Assembly (NCBI GenBank): GCA_965205365.1
Contig: CBDBGT010000011.1
Span: 36,292-100,291 of the forward strand
Reading direction: 5' to 3'
Length of the DNA stretch: 64,000 bases
Source: Bdellovibrionales bacterium
GTDB lineage: Bacteria; Bdellovibrionota; Bdellovibrionia; Bdellovibrionales; UBA1609
Part shown: positions 1 through 9,075 of the stretch, piece after piece
Numbering within the stretch: position 1 is the first letter of the stretch
Layout: the number at the start of each line of letters is the position of its first letter
Made by a program: the position numbers and the translations under genes
The notes under the pieces: generated by a model
Databases searched by the model: none
What the model was told of the DNA's origin: nothing
The model's input: the letters and a program-made list of their open reading frames with translations, nothing else

Positions 1-3000
1 GCTTTAGGCAGTGTTACGGTAACAGTGGGTGGAGTAAGTGAAAGCATTTCATGTAATGCTCCAGGAGTGTTTAGTGGCAATATTGATTTAACTAGTGTGA
101 ATTTAAATCCAGCAGAATTAAATGTAGCTCAAGGTGCACAAACAGTTCCTGCAAGTCCATTTCCAGTAAACGATCAAACCCCCATAGATACGGCTCCAAC
201 AATAGGAGATCAAAATTATAAAAGTGGATTGAGCACAACACTGGCTCTAAATTGTAACGAAGCAGGAGAGGTGGTGACGTTTACAAATGCGTTTTTAAAT
301 CCAACTGAACAAACCTACACTTGTTTAAACTCAGGGTCTGAAAATGTAACATTAACTTTTTCACCAGGAGAAGAAACTAGTGATCCAAATAGCGTAGACG
401 TAAGCTCTGTGGATGTAAATGGAAATCCAACAACAAATAACACTCAATTTAGTTTGCCAATAGATAATTTAGGACCAAGGGTGTCTGTAACAGCAGGTTT
501 AGGTGTCATTCAAGGGCAAACAGCAAGCTTTAGTGTTGCAGTTACTGACTTAAATATTTCAACACTGAGCTATACTGTAAACACTTCTGGTGTAGAGTCT
601 CTTTCTTATAATTGCAATACAAATCCATGTTTAATAACAACAGGGGTAATTCAATCACCAGGTGAACTTACTTTAACTGTAGGGGCTAACTCTGTGGGAG
701 ATGATCTTGGAAATATGGGAGACAGTGTTGTAAGATCAGACAGTCTTACAGTAAGCCCTGCAGGAGCTTTAGGTTTTAACAATCCACTTTCTACAATTAA
801 CACTCAAAACGCAAGTTCTTATCCTGTGGAAGGAGTCTGCGATGGTGCTTTAGGAAATGTTACCATAACAGTGGGTGGAGTAAGTGAAAGCATTTCATGT
901 AATGCTCCAGGAGTGTTTAGTAGCAATATTGATTTAACTAGTGTGAATTTAAATCCAGCAGAATTAAATGTAGCTCAAGGTGCACAAACAGTTCCTGCAA
1001 GTCCATTTCCAGTAAACGATCAAACCCCCATAGATACGGCTCCAACAATAGGAGATCAAAACTATAAAAGTGGATTGAGCACAACACTGGCTCTAAATTG
1101 TAATGAAGCCGGAGAGGTGGTGACGTTTACAAATGCGTTTTTAAATCCAACTGAACAAACCTACACTTGTTTAAACTCAGGGTCTGAAAATGTAACATTA
1201 ACTTTTTCACCAGGAGAAGAAATTAGTGATCCAAATAGCGTAGACGTAAGCTCTGTGGATATAAATGGAAACCCAACAATAAATAACACTCAATTTAGTT
1301 TGCCAATAGATAATTTAGGACCAAGGGTGTCTGTAACAGCAGGTTTAGGTGTCATTCAAGGGCAAACAGCAAGCTTTAGTGTTGCAGTTACTGACTTAAA
1401 TATTTCAACACTTAGTTATACCGTAAACACTTCTGGTGTAGAGTCTCTTTCTTATAATTGCAATACAAATCCATGTTTAATAACAACAGGGGTAATTCAA
1501 TCACCAGGTGAACTTACTTTAACTGTAGGAGCTAAGTCTGTGGGAGATGATCTTGGAAATATGGGAGACAGTGTTGTAAGATCAGACAGTCTTACAGTAA
1601 GCCCTGCAGGAGCTTTAGGTTTTAACAATCCACTTTCTACAATTAACACTCAAAACGCAAGTTCTTATCCTGTGGAAGGAGTCTGCGATGGTGCTTTAGG
1701 AAATGTTACCATAACAGTGGGTGGAGTAAGTGAAAGCATTTCATGTAATGCTCCAGGAGTGTTTAGTAGCAATATTGATTTAACTAGTGTGAATTTAAAT
1801 CCAGCAGAATTAAATGTAGCTCAAGGTGCACAAACAGTTCCTGCAAGTCCATTTCCAGTAAACGATCAGACTCCTATACTGAATGCTCCAACAATAGCGG
1901 ATCAAAATTATAAAAGTGGATTGAGCACAACACTGGCTCTAAATTGTAATGAAGCCGGAGAGGTGGTGACGTTTACAAATGCGTCTTTAAATCCAACTGA
2001 ACAAACCTACACTTGTTTAAACTCAGGGTCTGAAAATGTAACACTAACTTTTGCACCAGGGGAGGAAACTAGTGATCCAAATAACGTAGACGTAAGCTCT
2101 GTAGATATAAATGGAAATCCAACAATAAATAACACTCAATTTAGTTTGCCAATAGATAATGTGGCACCAACAGTGTCTGTAATAGCAGGAGCAAGTATTG
2201 TAGAAGGCAGTAGTGCAAGTTTTACAGTGACGGTAAGTGATGGAAATAGTTTTATACCATTTACACCTATAGTGAGCTCAGGAACAGTAAGTTTCGGTGC
2301 TTGTTCTCAAGCTCTATGTCAAGTAACTGTAACTGGAGCAGTTGCAGGTACGCTCACTTTAACAGTAGATGCAGGTGATGTGGTAGATGCAGCAGGGAAC
2401 GCAAATGCCGCACTTGTAAGTGATAATTTAATAGTGAGTGCTCCACAAATACTAGGGGCCATAGTGTCATCAAGTGATGGGGACAGTGATGCATGGTATG
2501 AGGATTTAGATACAGTTTCTATTCAAGTGCAATATGATGCTAATGTTGTGGTCAACACTTCCAGTGGAACACCAACTATTCAAGTTACCCTATCTAGTGG
2601 AATTAAAACAGCTATATATTCTCAAGGTTCAGGTTCTCAGAACTTAGATTTTACAATACCTGTTGTAAACAATGATTATCAATGTAATGGGATTTTAGCT
2701 TTAGGAGGCGTGGATTTAAATGGTGGTACAATTCAAGGCAGTCTAGGTGGAACTGTCAACAATTCTGGTTTACCGCCTTCTGTGAGTGGAGCAAAAATAG
2801 ATGCTAAGAACCCTACTGCTCCAAGTGGACTATCTAACGATCCAACTAATGCGTTTAACAATTTTTCAAGTGCGTTAAGTTGGACTCAAGGCACTGATGA
2901 GTGTGGGCTTTCAAATGTTGAATATGGATTTGGAACTAGTTTAGGAGGGTTGGACACTCAAAGCTATATAGATATAGGTTTAGTAGCGACCTACCAAGCA

Positions 3001-3876
3001 CAAAGTGGTAAGGATTTAGCTTTATTTAATTTAATGGCAAATGCTAATTATTATACATCAATTAGATCTGTAGATGATGCTGGAAATGTATCACAAGAAG
3101 AAAGTAGTTTAGCATGGAGCTTTATGTGTTCAGACCCATGGACGGGTATAAGTAGGCTTGTTGCTCTAGACAGTTCTAATGAAGAGTCTATTTTTGATAT
3201 AAATAACGTAGACGCATCAGATGCCAGTTTTGATGGTTTTGTTCATAGGTGGGAAGACCAAAGTGGAAGCAATAATCATCTAGAAGCACCTTCCCTTGGA
3301 GCAAGGCCAATTTATAACCATGACGGTTTAAGTTCAGGATTAGATTCCTATGTTCAAGGTGATGGAGAGGATGATACTTTAGTCAACGATATTGATGATG
3401 TTACATCAAGTTTTCAGTTTTATTATGTATTAAAATCTTTAGACCCTGCGCCCTCTAGTAGAGCAAGTTATTTTAGTAACAGTGATAACCATCTTTTAGC
3501 AGGATCTTTTCAGTTAGATTATGATGAGACTGGGGATTGTGCGGGTAAATTTAGAATCTTTATAAGAGATTTAGAGGGTGCGCCTGTTGTCTCCATCTGT
3601 GGCTCTGACTACAATACGAATCAACATGTGTTTATTATTAAATATAATGATAGTACGAAAATAATGTCGTTATCTGTAGATGGAATAGAAACTGGTTCGT
3701 ATACTTTTACAAACTCTCCAGCCTTTAGATGGTTGAGATTGTTTCAGAATAGAGCAGGACATCAGTTTCAACAGGCTCAGGCGCTAGAGTTAAACTTAGC
3801 AACTCAAAATTTAACTTCTACTCAAGAGGAAGCAATATCTGAGTACTTAGTTTGCAAATGGAATGTAATTTTATAA
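1..3876 (+). CDS. Giant repetitive surface protein/adhesin, 5'-truncated by the window; tandem Cys-containing Ig-like repeats, FN3-like region, C-terminal LamG/ConA-like domain
   Basis: Frame open from base 1. Thr/Ser/Val/Asn-rich 282-aa repeats. C-terminal WEDQSGSNNHL...RPIY...GDGEDD resembles LamG-like lectin modules. Confidence 0.8.
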   Translation, partial: ALGSVTVTVGGVSESISCNAPGVFSGNIDLTSVNLNPAELNVAQGAQTVPASPFPVNDQTPIDTAPTIGDQNYKSGLSTTLALNCNEAGEVVTFTNAFLNPTEQTYTCLNSGSENVTLTFSPGEETSDPNSVDVSSVDVNGNPTTNNTQFSLPIDNLGPRVSVTAGLGVIQGQTASFSVAVTDLNISTLSYTVNTSGVESLSYNCNTNPCLITTGVIQSPGELTLTVGANSVGDDLGNMGDSVVRSDSLTVSPAGALGFNNPLSTINTQNASSYPVEGVCDGALGNVTITVGGVSESISCNAPGVFSSNIDLTSVNLNPAELNVAQGAQTVPASPFPVNDQTPIDTAPTIGDQNYKSGLSTTLALNCNEAGEVVTFTNAFLNPTEQTYTCLNSGSENVTLTFSPGEEISDPNSVDVSSVDINGNPTINNTQFSLPIDNLGPRVSVTAGLGVIQGQTASFSVAVTDLNISTLSYTVNTSGVESLSYNCNTNPCLITTGVIQSPGELTLTVGAKSVGDDLGNMGDSVVRSDSLTVSPAGALGFNNPLSTINTQNASSYPVEGVCDGALGNVTITVGGVSESISCNAPGVFSSNIDLTSVNLNPAELNVAQGAQTVPASPFPVNDQTPILNAPTIADQNYKSGLSTTLALNCNEAGEVVTFTNASLNPTEQTYTCLNSGSENVTLTFAPGEETSDPNNVDVSSVDINGNPTINNTQFSLPIDNVAPTVSVIAGASIVEGSSASFTVTVSDGNSFIPFTPIVSSGTVSFGACSQALCQVTVTGAVAGTLTLTVDAGDVVDAAGNANAALVSDNLIVSAPQILGAIVSSSDGDSDAWYEDLDTVSIQVQYDANVVVNTSSGTPTIQVTLSSGIKTAIYSQGSGSQNLDFTIPVVNNDYQCNGILALGGVDLNGGTIQGSLGGTVNNSGLPPSVSGAKIDAKNPTAPSGLSNDPTNAFNNFSSALSWTQGTDECGLSNVEYGFGTSLGGLDTQSYIDIGLVATYQAQSGKDLALFNLMANANYYTSIRSVDDAGNVSQEESSLAWSFMCSDPWTGISRLVALDSSNEESIFDINNVDASDASFDGFVHRWEDQSGSNNHLEAPSLGARPIYNHDGLSSGLDSYVQGDGEDDTLVNDIDDVTSSFQFYYVLKSLDPAPSSRASYFSNSDNHLLAGSFQLDYDETGDCAGKFRIFIRDLEGAPVVSICGSDYNTNQHVFIIKYNDSTKIMSLSVDGIETGSYTFTNSPAFRWLRLFQNRAGHQFQQAQALELNLATQNLTSTQEEAISEYLVCKWNVIL
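25..2160 (+). repeat. Near-identical 846-bp tandem repeats (about 2.5 units in window)
   Basis: gtgggtggagtaagtgaaagc recurs at 25, 871 and 1717; units differ by a few substitutions. Confidence 0.95.
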
Positions 3877-4044
3877 CCCTGATATTTGTCTGGCAGGCTT
3901 TTTTGTCCATGTCTTCATGTATAGTTGATAAATTATATCGGTTGTGTTGTAAGAGACAAGTAGACCTTTTTTTTGTTTTTCTACATTCGCTGATGAAATC
4001 AAATCTTTGCACTGGAGTTTTGGTGGTTGACTCTAATCTAGGAA

Positions 4045-4659
4045 AGGCCTTATGATGAAAAATATCCAGTTTTATCATTTGATGAGCGCCCTTGCCAGTT
4101 GTTAGAAGACGTACTGGTTGGGACTTTGCCGCAGGCAGGAAAAACCAAAAGAGAGGATTACCATTATAAAAGAAATGGAACCTGTTGTGTTTTAATGGCT
4201 ATAGAGCCATTGACGGGGAAAAGAATAATTGAAGTTAAAGAAAGGAGAACCAAAAAAGAATATAAAGAGTTTTTTGAAAAGATATCTAAGGCGTATCCCA
4301 AAGCAAAGAAAATTACAGTGATTCAAGATAATCTCAACACTCATAATCCATCTTCATTTTACGAGAACATGGAGGCAACGGATGCCTTCAGGCTAACTGA
4401 GAGATTTGAAATGGTTTACACTCCCAAGAAAGCGAGCTCTGGTTAAATGTGATTGAAATTGAATTTTCAGCTTTATCAAAACAATGTCTAGACCGTCGAA
4501 TTGGTGAACTTTCCAAGTTGAAAAAAGAAACCTTAAAGTGGGCAAAAAAGCGATCTAGCGATAGAGTTAAAATAAAATGGCAATTCACGAAAGATAAAGC
4601 ACGCAAAAAGTTTGACCGACTTTATTGCGATATTAAGAATACATGAGACGGTACTACTA
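4045..4659 (+). mobile_element. IS630-family transposase remnant, 5'-truncated and frameshifted
   Basis: RPYDEKYPVLSFDERP...DNLNTH...YTPKKAS|WLNVIEIEFS DDE motifs; frameshift near 4438-4440; end-like sequence ...gagacggtactac-TA. Confidence 0.85.
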
Positions 4660-4856
4660 GGTTGAGTAAAAAAATCTTATGCTTAACCCTGGTCAAAGTT
4701 GGGAAATATTTTTTTTACTTCCTTCTTCATAGTGCATTTTTTTGATATTTTTTGAAATAATTTCATAAAGGTTTTAAGGCGGTTGCAATATGGAGAAAAG
4801 CCTTGTACTCTTCTGTTCGTAAAGATAAGGAAATAACAAACAAAGGAGATTTTTTT

Positions 4857-5756
4857 ATGAAAACATTAATTTTACTAATAGGATTTTTACTGCCCTTTAT
4901 AAGTTTTGCCATGGGTGATGGTACTAATTCCGCTAAGGATTGTGAACTTATATTATTTAGCAATAGGGCTAAAGCCATTGAGTACTTTGTCAGTAAAAGA
5001 TCTGGCTGCTTAAAATTTATAAATAATCAAGACAACACAGGCAACACGTTTCTACATACGGCTGTAAAGATAAATTACGAAACCATTTTAAAAGTGCTTA
5101 TTAAAGCTGGAGCAGATTTAGATATTCAAGATAACAGGAGTCTCACAGCTTTAATGATGGCTGTAACCCTTGGTGACGCAGCCACTACAAGTATACTCGT
5201 TAATGCTGGGGCAGATTTAGATATTAGAGATAACAGTGGCAGGACAGCTTTAATGGTGGCTGCAGTCTCTAATAACACAGCCGTTACAAGTATACTCGTT
5301 AATGCTGGGGCAGATTTAGATATTAGAGATGAAAGTCGCATGACAGCTTTAATGGTGGCTGTAGGCCTTGATCACACAGCTGTTACAAGTATACTCGTTA
5401 ATGCTGGGGCAGATTTAGATATTAGAGATAACAGTGGCAGGACAGCTTTAATGAGGGCTGTAGGCCTTGATCACACAGCCGTTATAAATATACTCGTTAA
5501 TGCTGGGGCAGATTTAGATATTAGAGATGAAAGTCGCATGACAGCTTTAATGCTAGCTGCATACTGGGGTCACGCAGCCACTGCAAGTATACTCATTAAT
5601 GCTGGGGCAGATTTAGATATTAGAGATGAAGTTCGCATGACAGCTTTACGATGGGCTAAAAGAAAGATAAGAGAAGCTAATAAAGCAGGGATTAAGGCTC
5701 CTGGTCATCGGTCTGTTGTAAGACTTATAGAAAAAGCAGCAAAAAGAAAAAAGTAA
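4857..5756 (+). CDS. Secreted ankyrin-repeat protein (about 6-7 repeats)
   Basis: AAGGAG RBS before ATG 4857, signal peptide MKTLILLIGFLLPFISFA, 99-bp repeats encoding TALMxA...LVNAGADLDIRD. Confidence 0.9.
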   Translation: MKTLILLIGFLLPFISFAMGDGTNSAKDCELILFSNRAKAIEYFVSKRSGCLKFINNQDNTGNTFLHTAVKINYETILKVLIKAGADLDIQDNRSLTALMMAVTLGDAATTSILVNAGADLDIRDNSGRTALMVAAVSNNTAVTSILVNAGADLDIRDESRMTALMVAVGLDHTAVTSILVNAGADLDIRDNSGRTALMRAVGLDHTAVINILVNAGADLDIRDESRMTALMLAAYWGHAATASILINAGADLDIRDEVRMTALRWAKRKIREANKAGIKAPGHRSVVRLIEKAAKRKK

Positions 5757-5832
5757 TGCCCTACAAGGAGGCTATTGGTTATTACAAAGAAAGTAATTAA
5801 TTTAATAGCTTTTCCTTTAAATTGTTTTCCAT

Positions 5833-5862
5833 AGATTTACCTCTTATTTTTGAGGTAAATCT
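5833..5862 (+). terminator. Hairpin, probable terminator of the ankyrin gene
   Basis: agatttacctc-8nt-gaggtaaatct, a perfect 11-bp stem. Confidence 0.5.
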
Positions 5863-5894
5863 TTAATAATATAATAAGATTGATATACAAACTC

Positions 5895-6094
5895 AAAGAG
5901 ACGCAGGATAAGCACATCAACCTCTGAAACAGCCATGCATTGTTTTAAGAGTATTTTTAAAGGAACTTTAAGTTCTAGGGAGTTTAAGAGTCAGTTTAAT
6001 AAAGCTGCCATTAAATGTAAGATTTTAAACAAATTTTTATGCCCATTTGTAAAATTTAAATCACAGAACCAATGGCTTCATGTGCAACAACGTC
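5895..6094 (+). mobile_element. IS5-family (IS903 group) 3' relic with terminal IR
   Basis: Translates RRR...SETAMHCFKSIFKGTLSSREFKSQFNKAAIKCKILNKF, like the IS903-group C-terminus. Ends ...tgcaacaacgtc; related ends at 7100 and 53371. Confidence 0.75.
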
Positions 6095-6250
6095 TTAAAG
6101 AGCTATAGTAAAATTTATTTTTTTTTGAAGGTAGAAAAAAATTATTATAAATATATATTAAGAGTAGGAAAGTTCTTTTAAGAATGAGTTTATAGATTTT
6201 ATAATGAGGCTTGAATATTTTATGTTCTTAAATAAGTGTTTTATTTATTG

Positions 6251-7057
6251 CTATTGTATTTTCCATGAAAATACAATATTAAAAGTATCGTTAATATTTT
6301 CTCCTCTAACAAAATCAGCGTTTTGATTTTGTTTTTGTTGAATGGTAGACACTGTATAAGAAGGAATTAAGCGTCCTCTCCAAGGGAGTATTGGAAAAAA
6401 ACTGCTTAAAGAGTAATTAATATGGCCTAGTCCACTCACGCCTTCAGGTCCATAGGCGTATTTATTGGAAGCTTTATCTCCAATGCCAAACTCTACTTTA
6501 AAGGTCACATATTTAAAAATACCAGTACTAAAACCTACAGCAATATAGTTGTCTGATTGGCCCTTGATATTTTTATGGTAATCTAAAGAAAAATCAAAGA
6601 GCCTTTTATACTTATATGTGTATCTAATGCTGGCATCCCAAGTTCCACGCCGTGCATTTCTATAGCTTTTTTCTTCCTGGTTTTTTAGCAAGATTACAGG
6701 ACCCTTTGGGGGCTCATCGTTAAAGTAATAGATAGAGGTTGAAAGTTTATGCCTTTTTTTAAAGCTTTCTGTGTAAACAAAACCCCTGCCCTTAAATTCA
6801 AGTTTATTAAAAAGAATAATTCGAGGACCAACAAAAATCAGTGGAGCATCATAAGTTAAAGCTCCACGATAACTAGTATTGCTTATAAGGATGAAGCCAA
6901 AACTAAGTTTAAGATTCTTTTTAGATTTGTGTGTATTTATTTTTACATCACTTTGAGGTGACTTTGAAGGAAGATTGTTTGTGTTTTGAGCCATTTTATC
7001 ATGAGCTGTCCTCGTAATAGTAAAAATAGTGAGTATTAAAAAACTGGATAATTTCAT
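6251..7057 (-). CDS. MipA/OmpV-like outer-membrane beta-barrel protein
   Basis: Signal-like N-terminus from ATG 7057; Y-x-G motif, YAYG motif, C-terminal aromatic beta-strand. Confidence 0.55.
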   Translation of the reverse strand: MKLSSFLILTIFTITRTAHDKMAQNTNNLPSKSPQSDVKINTHKSKKNLKLSFGFILISNTSYRGALTYDAPLIFVGPRIILFNKLEFKGRGFVYTESFKKRHKLSTSIYYFNDEPPKGPVILLKNQEEKSYRNARRGTWDASIRYTYKYKRLFDFSLDYHKNIKGQSDNYIAVGFSTGIFKYVTFKVEFGIGDKASNKYAYGPEGVSGLGHINYSLSSFFPILPWRGRLIPSYTVSTIQQKQNQNADFVRGENINDTFNIVFSWKIQ

Positions 7058-7137
7058 ATTTATAAATTTTTTATTGTGTTTACTAAATTTTCTCCTAATG
7101 GCGTTGTTGCCCATGAGCACTCAACTTAGGCTAACAA

Positions 7138-7810
7138 GAGGCTGTTGCAAAAGCGAGTATAAATTTTTTTAGTGTGCCCTAAGGGATTTGAAATCGAGCA
7201 GTTTTTATATAACATTCAACATAGTTGTTGTTTTCAAACTCTATATTTACGATTTAAGGGCTGTTTTTCTACCAAAAGTCAGGTTTTAACCGCTCTTTCT
7301 TTGTAAACTTCCACTAAAAACTTAAATTAAACGCACTTATCCTTAGGACCCGTTTTAAGTTTTGAACTGTATCCTCCATCAAAGCTTGGAACTCTACTTT
7401 CTCCAAGTCTTCATAATGGCAGCGCTTATTCACTTTTGAACAAGTACTTTCAAATGGCATATGAACTGAAGACCTCCAATGATCTAAATCTCTATTTTTA
7501 CGCTTGTGATTTCTCTTTCTAATTGTTTCATTTGTGCACATCTTAGTTTTTATCTGCTCATCCACAACACCACTATCATAGCTCTTATCTAAAAACACCA
7601 TTCCACTTTTAGGGCACAGGTCTTTTTTAACAAAGGCTTTAGTGTTGGTAACATTAGCACCTGTGATTTTTAAATCTGTTACAAGGCCTTGACTCATATC
7701 TACTTGGTGATGTTTCTTCTACCCTAGCCAACACTTGTTCTTCCCCCTACAACCAAACCAAGCATCTGAAGAGTATTTTTTCACATTCTCATTGCTCATC
7801 TTCGGATTAT
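7138..7810 (-). mobile_element. IS5-family transposase pseudogene
   Basis: DAWFGCRG...G*KKHHQVD...LDKSYD...FES motifs with an internal stop; gaggctgttgcaaaa-type end at 7138. Confidence 0.75.
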
Positions 7811-7816
7811 CGTTAT

Positions 7817-7861
7817 TTTGAGAAACTTGAGTTTAATCTTAGAAAGCTTTGGGCAGATTAA
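7817..7861 (+). pseudogene. 3' remnant of a second Uma2 gene
   Basis: FEKLEFNLRKLWAD* plus about 30 bp downstream match the end of 8145..8714 (FEDLEFNLGELWAD*). Confidence 0.75.
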
Positions 7862-8144
7862 AAATCCCTAAGTTCACATTAAAAAAAACAACATATAGCA
7901 AAATAAATAATTTTGAGAATATACTAAAACTAAAGATTCATTAAAAATGGTTTTAGACGGGGAGGAGAGCTGGACTTTTATCTTAAGCCTATTTAGTTAA
8001 TTCAAATTTCAACTTAAAAAAGGCTAAAGATAAGCTTTTGTCCAAAATTAAAGCTTAAGGAAGAGTTCTTGTTGGGTTATTTATTGTTTTAATTTCAAAT
8101 TAAATTTATAATTTAAAATATAACACAAAATTTAAGGTCAAATT

Positions 8145-8714
8145 ATGAGTGAAGCACTGAAGAAAAAAACATTTAAAGATTTGTATGAAGATTTATGTGC
8201 TCTTCCTGAAAATGTTGTTGGTGAAATTATAAACGAAGAGCTTGTTGTGAGCCCAAGGCCTGGGTTTGAACATGCTAATGCAAGTTCGGCAATAGGATCT
8301 ATTTTTTTTGCACCTTATCAACTAGGAAAAAATGGTCCTGGAGGATGGTGGATTTTAGACGAACCAGAAATTCATTTAAAAGATCAAGTTGTTGTTCCTG
8401 ACGTAGCAGGCTGGAAAAGAGAAAGGCTTCCTAAGCCTGCAGGAACAACATATTTTTCTCTAGCTCCTGATTGGGCTTGTGAAGTCTTGTCTCCCTCAAC
8501 AGTTCGTTATGATAGAATATCTAAGTTAAAAATTTATGCTGAAAATAAGGTTCCTTATTACTGGATTGTTGATCCACTAAATAGGGTGTTAGAAGTTTTA
8601 ATTTTAGATGGAAAAGGCTATAAAGCAGACCTTGCCTTTGGAAAAGATGATTTGGTTAAAGCTCCTCCATTTGAGGACCTTGAGTTTAATCTTGGGGAGC
8701 TTTGGGCAGATTAA
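8145..8714 (+). CDS. Uma2 (DUF820) family PD-(D/E)xK endonuclease-like protein
   Basis: EIINEEL..SPRP, VPDVAGW, APDWACEVLSPST, YWIVDP motifs. Confidence 0.92.
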   Translation: MSEALKKKTFKDLYEDLCALPENVVGEIINEELVVSPRPGFEHANASSAIGSIFFAPYQLGKNGPGGWWILDEPEIHLKDQVVVPDVAGWKRERLPKPAGTTYFSLAPDWACEVLSPSTVRYDRISKLKIYAENKVPYYWIVDPLNRVLEVLILDGKGYKADLAFGKDDLVKAPPFEDLEFNLGELWAD

Positions 8715-9075
8715 AAATCCCTAAGTTTATACTAAAAAAACAAAATTAATATTCTTGAAAAAAGATAAAGTGAGAGTCCTGGAGAAACTTAATTTATTTT
8801 TAGCAAAAGAAAAAAATTAATAATAAGAGGAGAAAAAATAAAGCAGAAAGCTATTGAATCTTTATTTAATAGTTTAATAAAGCTTGGTGATATAGATGCA
8901 GAGACAACTTTGGGTGACTTTGAAGAGAGGGTTGTTCTAACTTTGGTGTTTTAGAATATCAAAAAGGAAATATAAAAAGAGGGCAAGATATTTTGAATAA
9001 AGTTTGTGATAAAGGTAATAATTGGTCTTGTAAAAAAACTGATCTTATGAATATTAGAGTTTTTTAAACCTTTCT

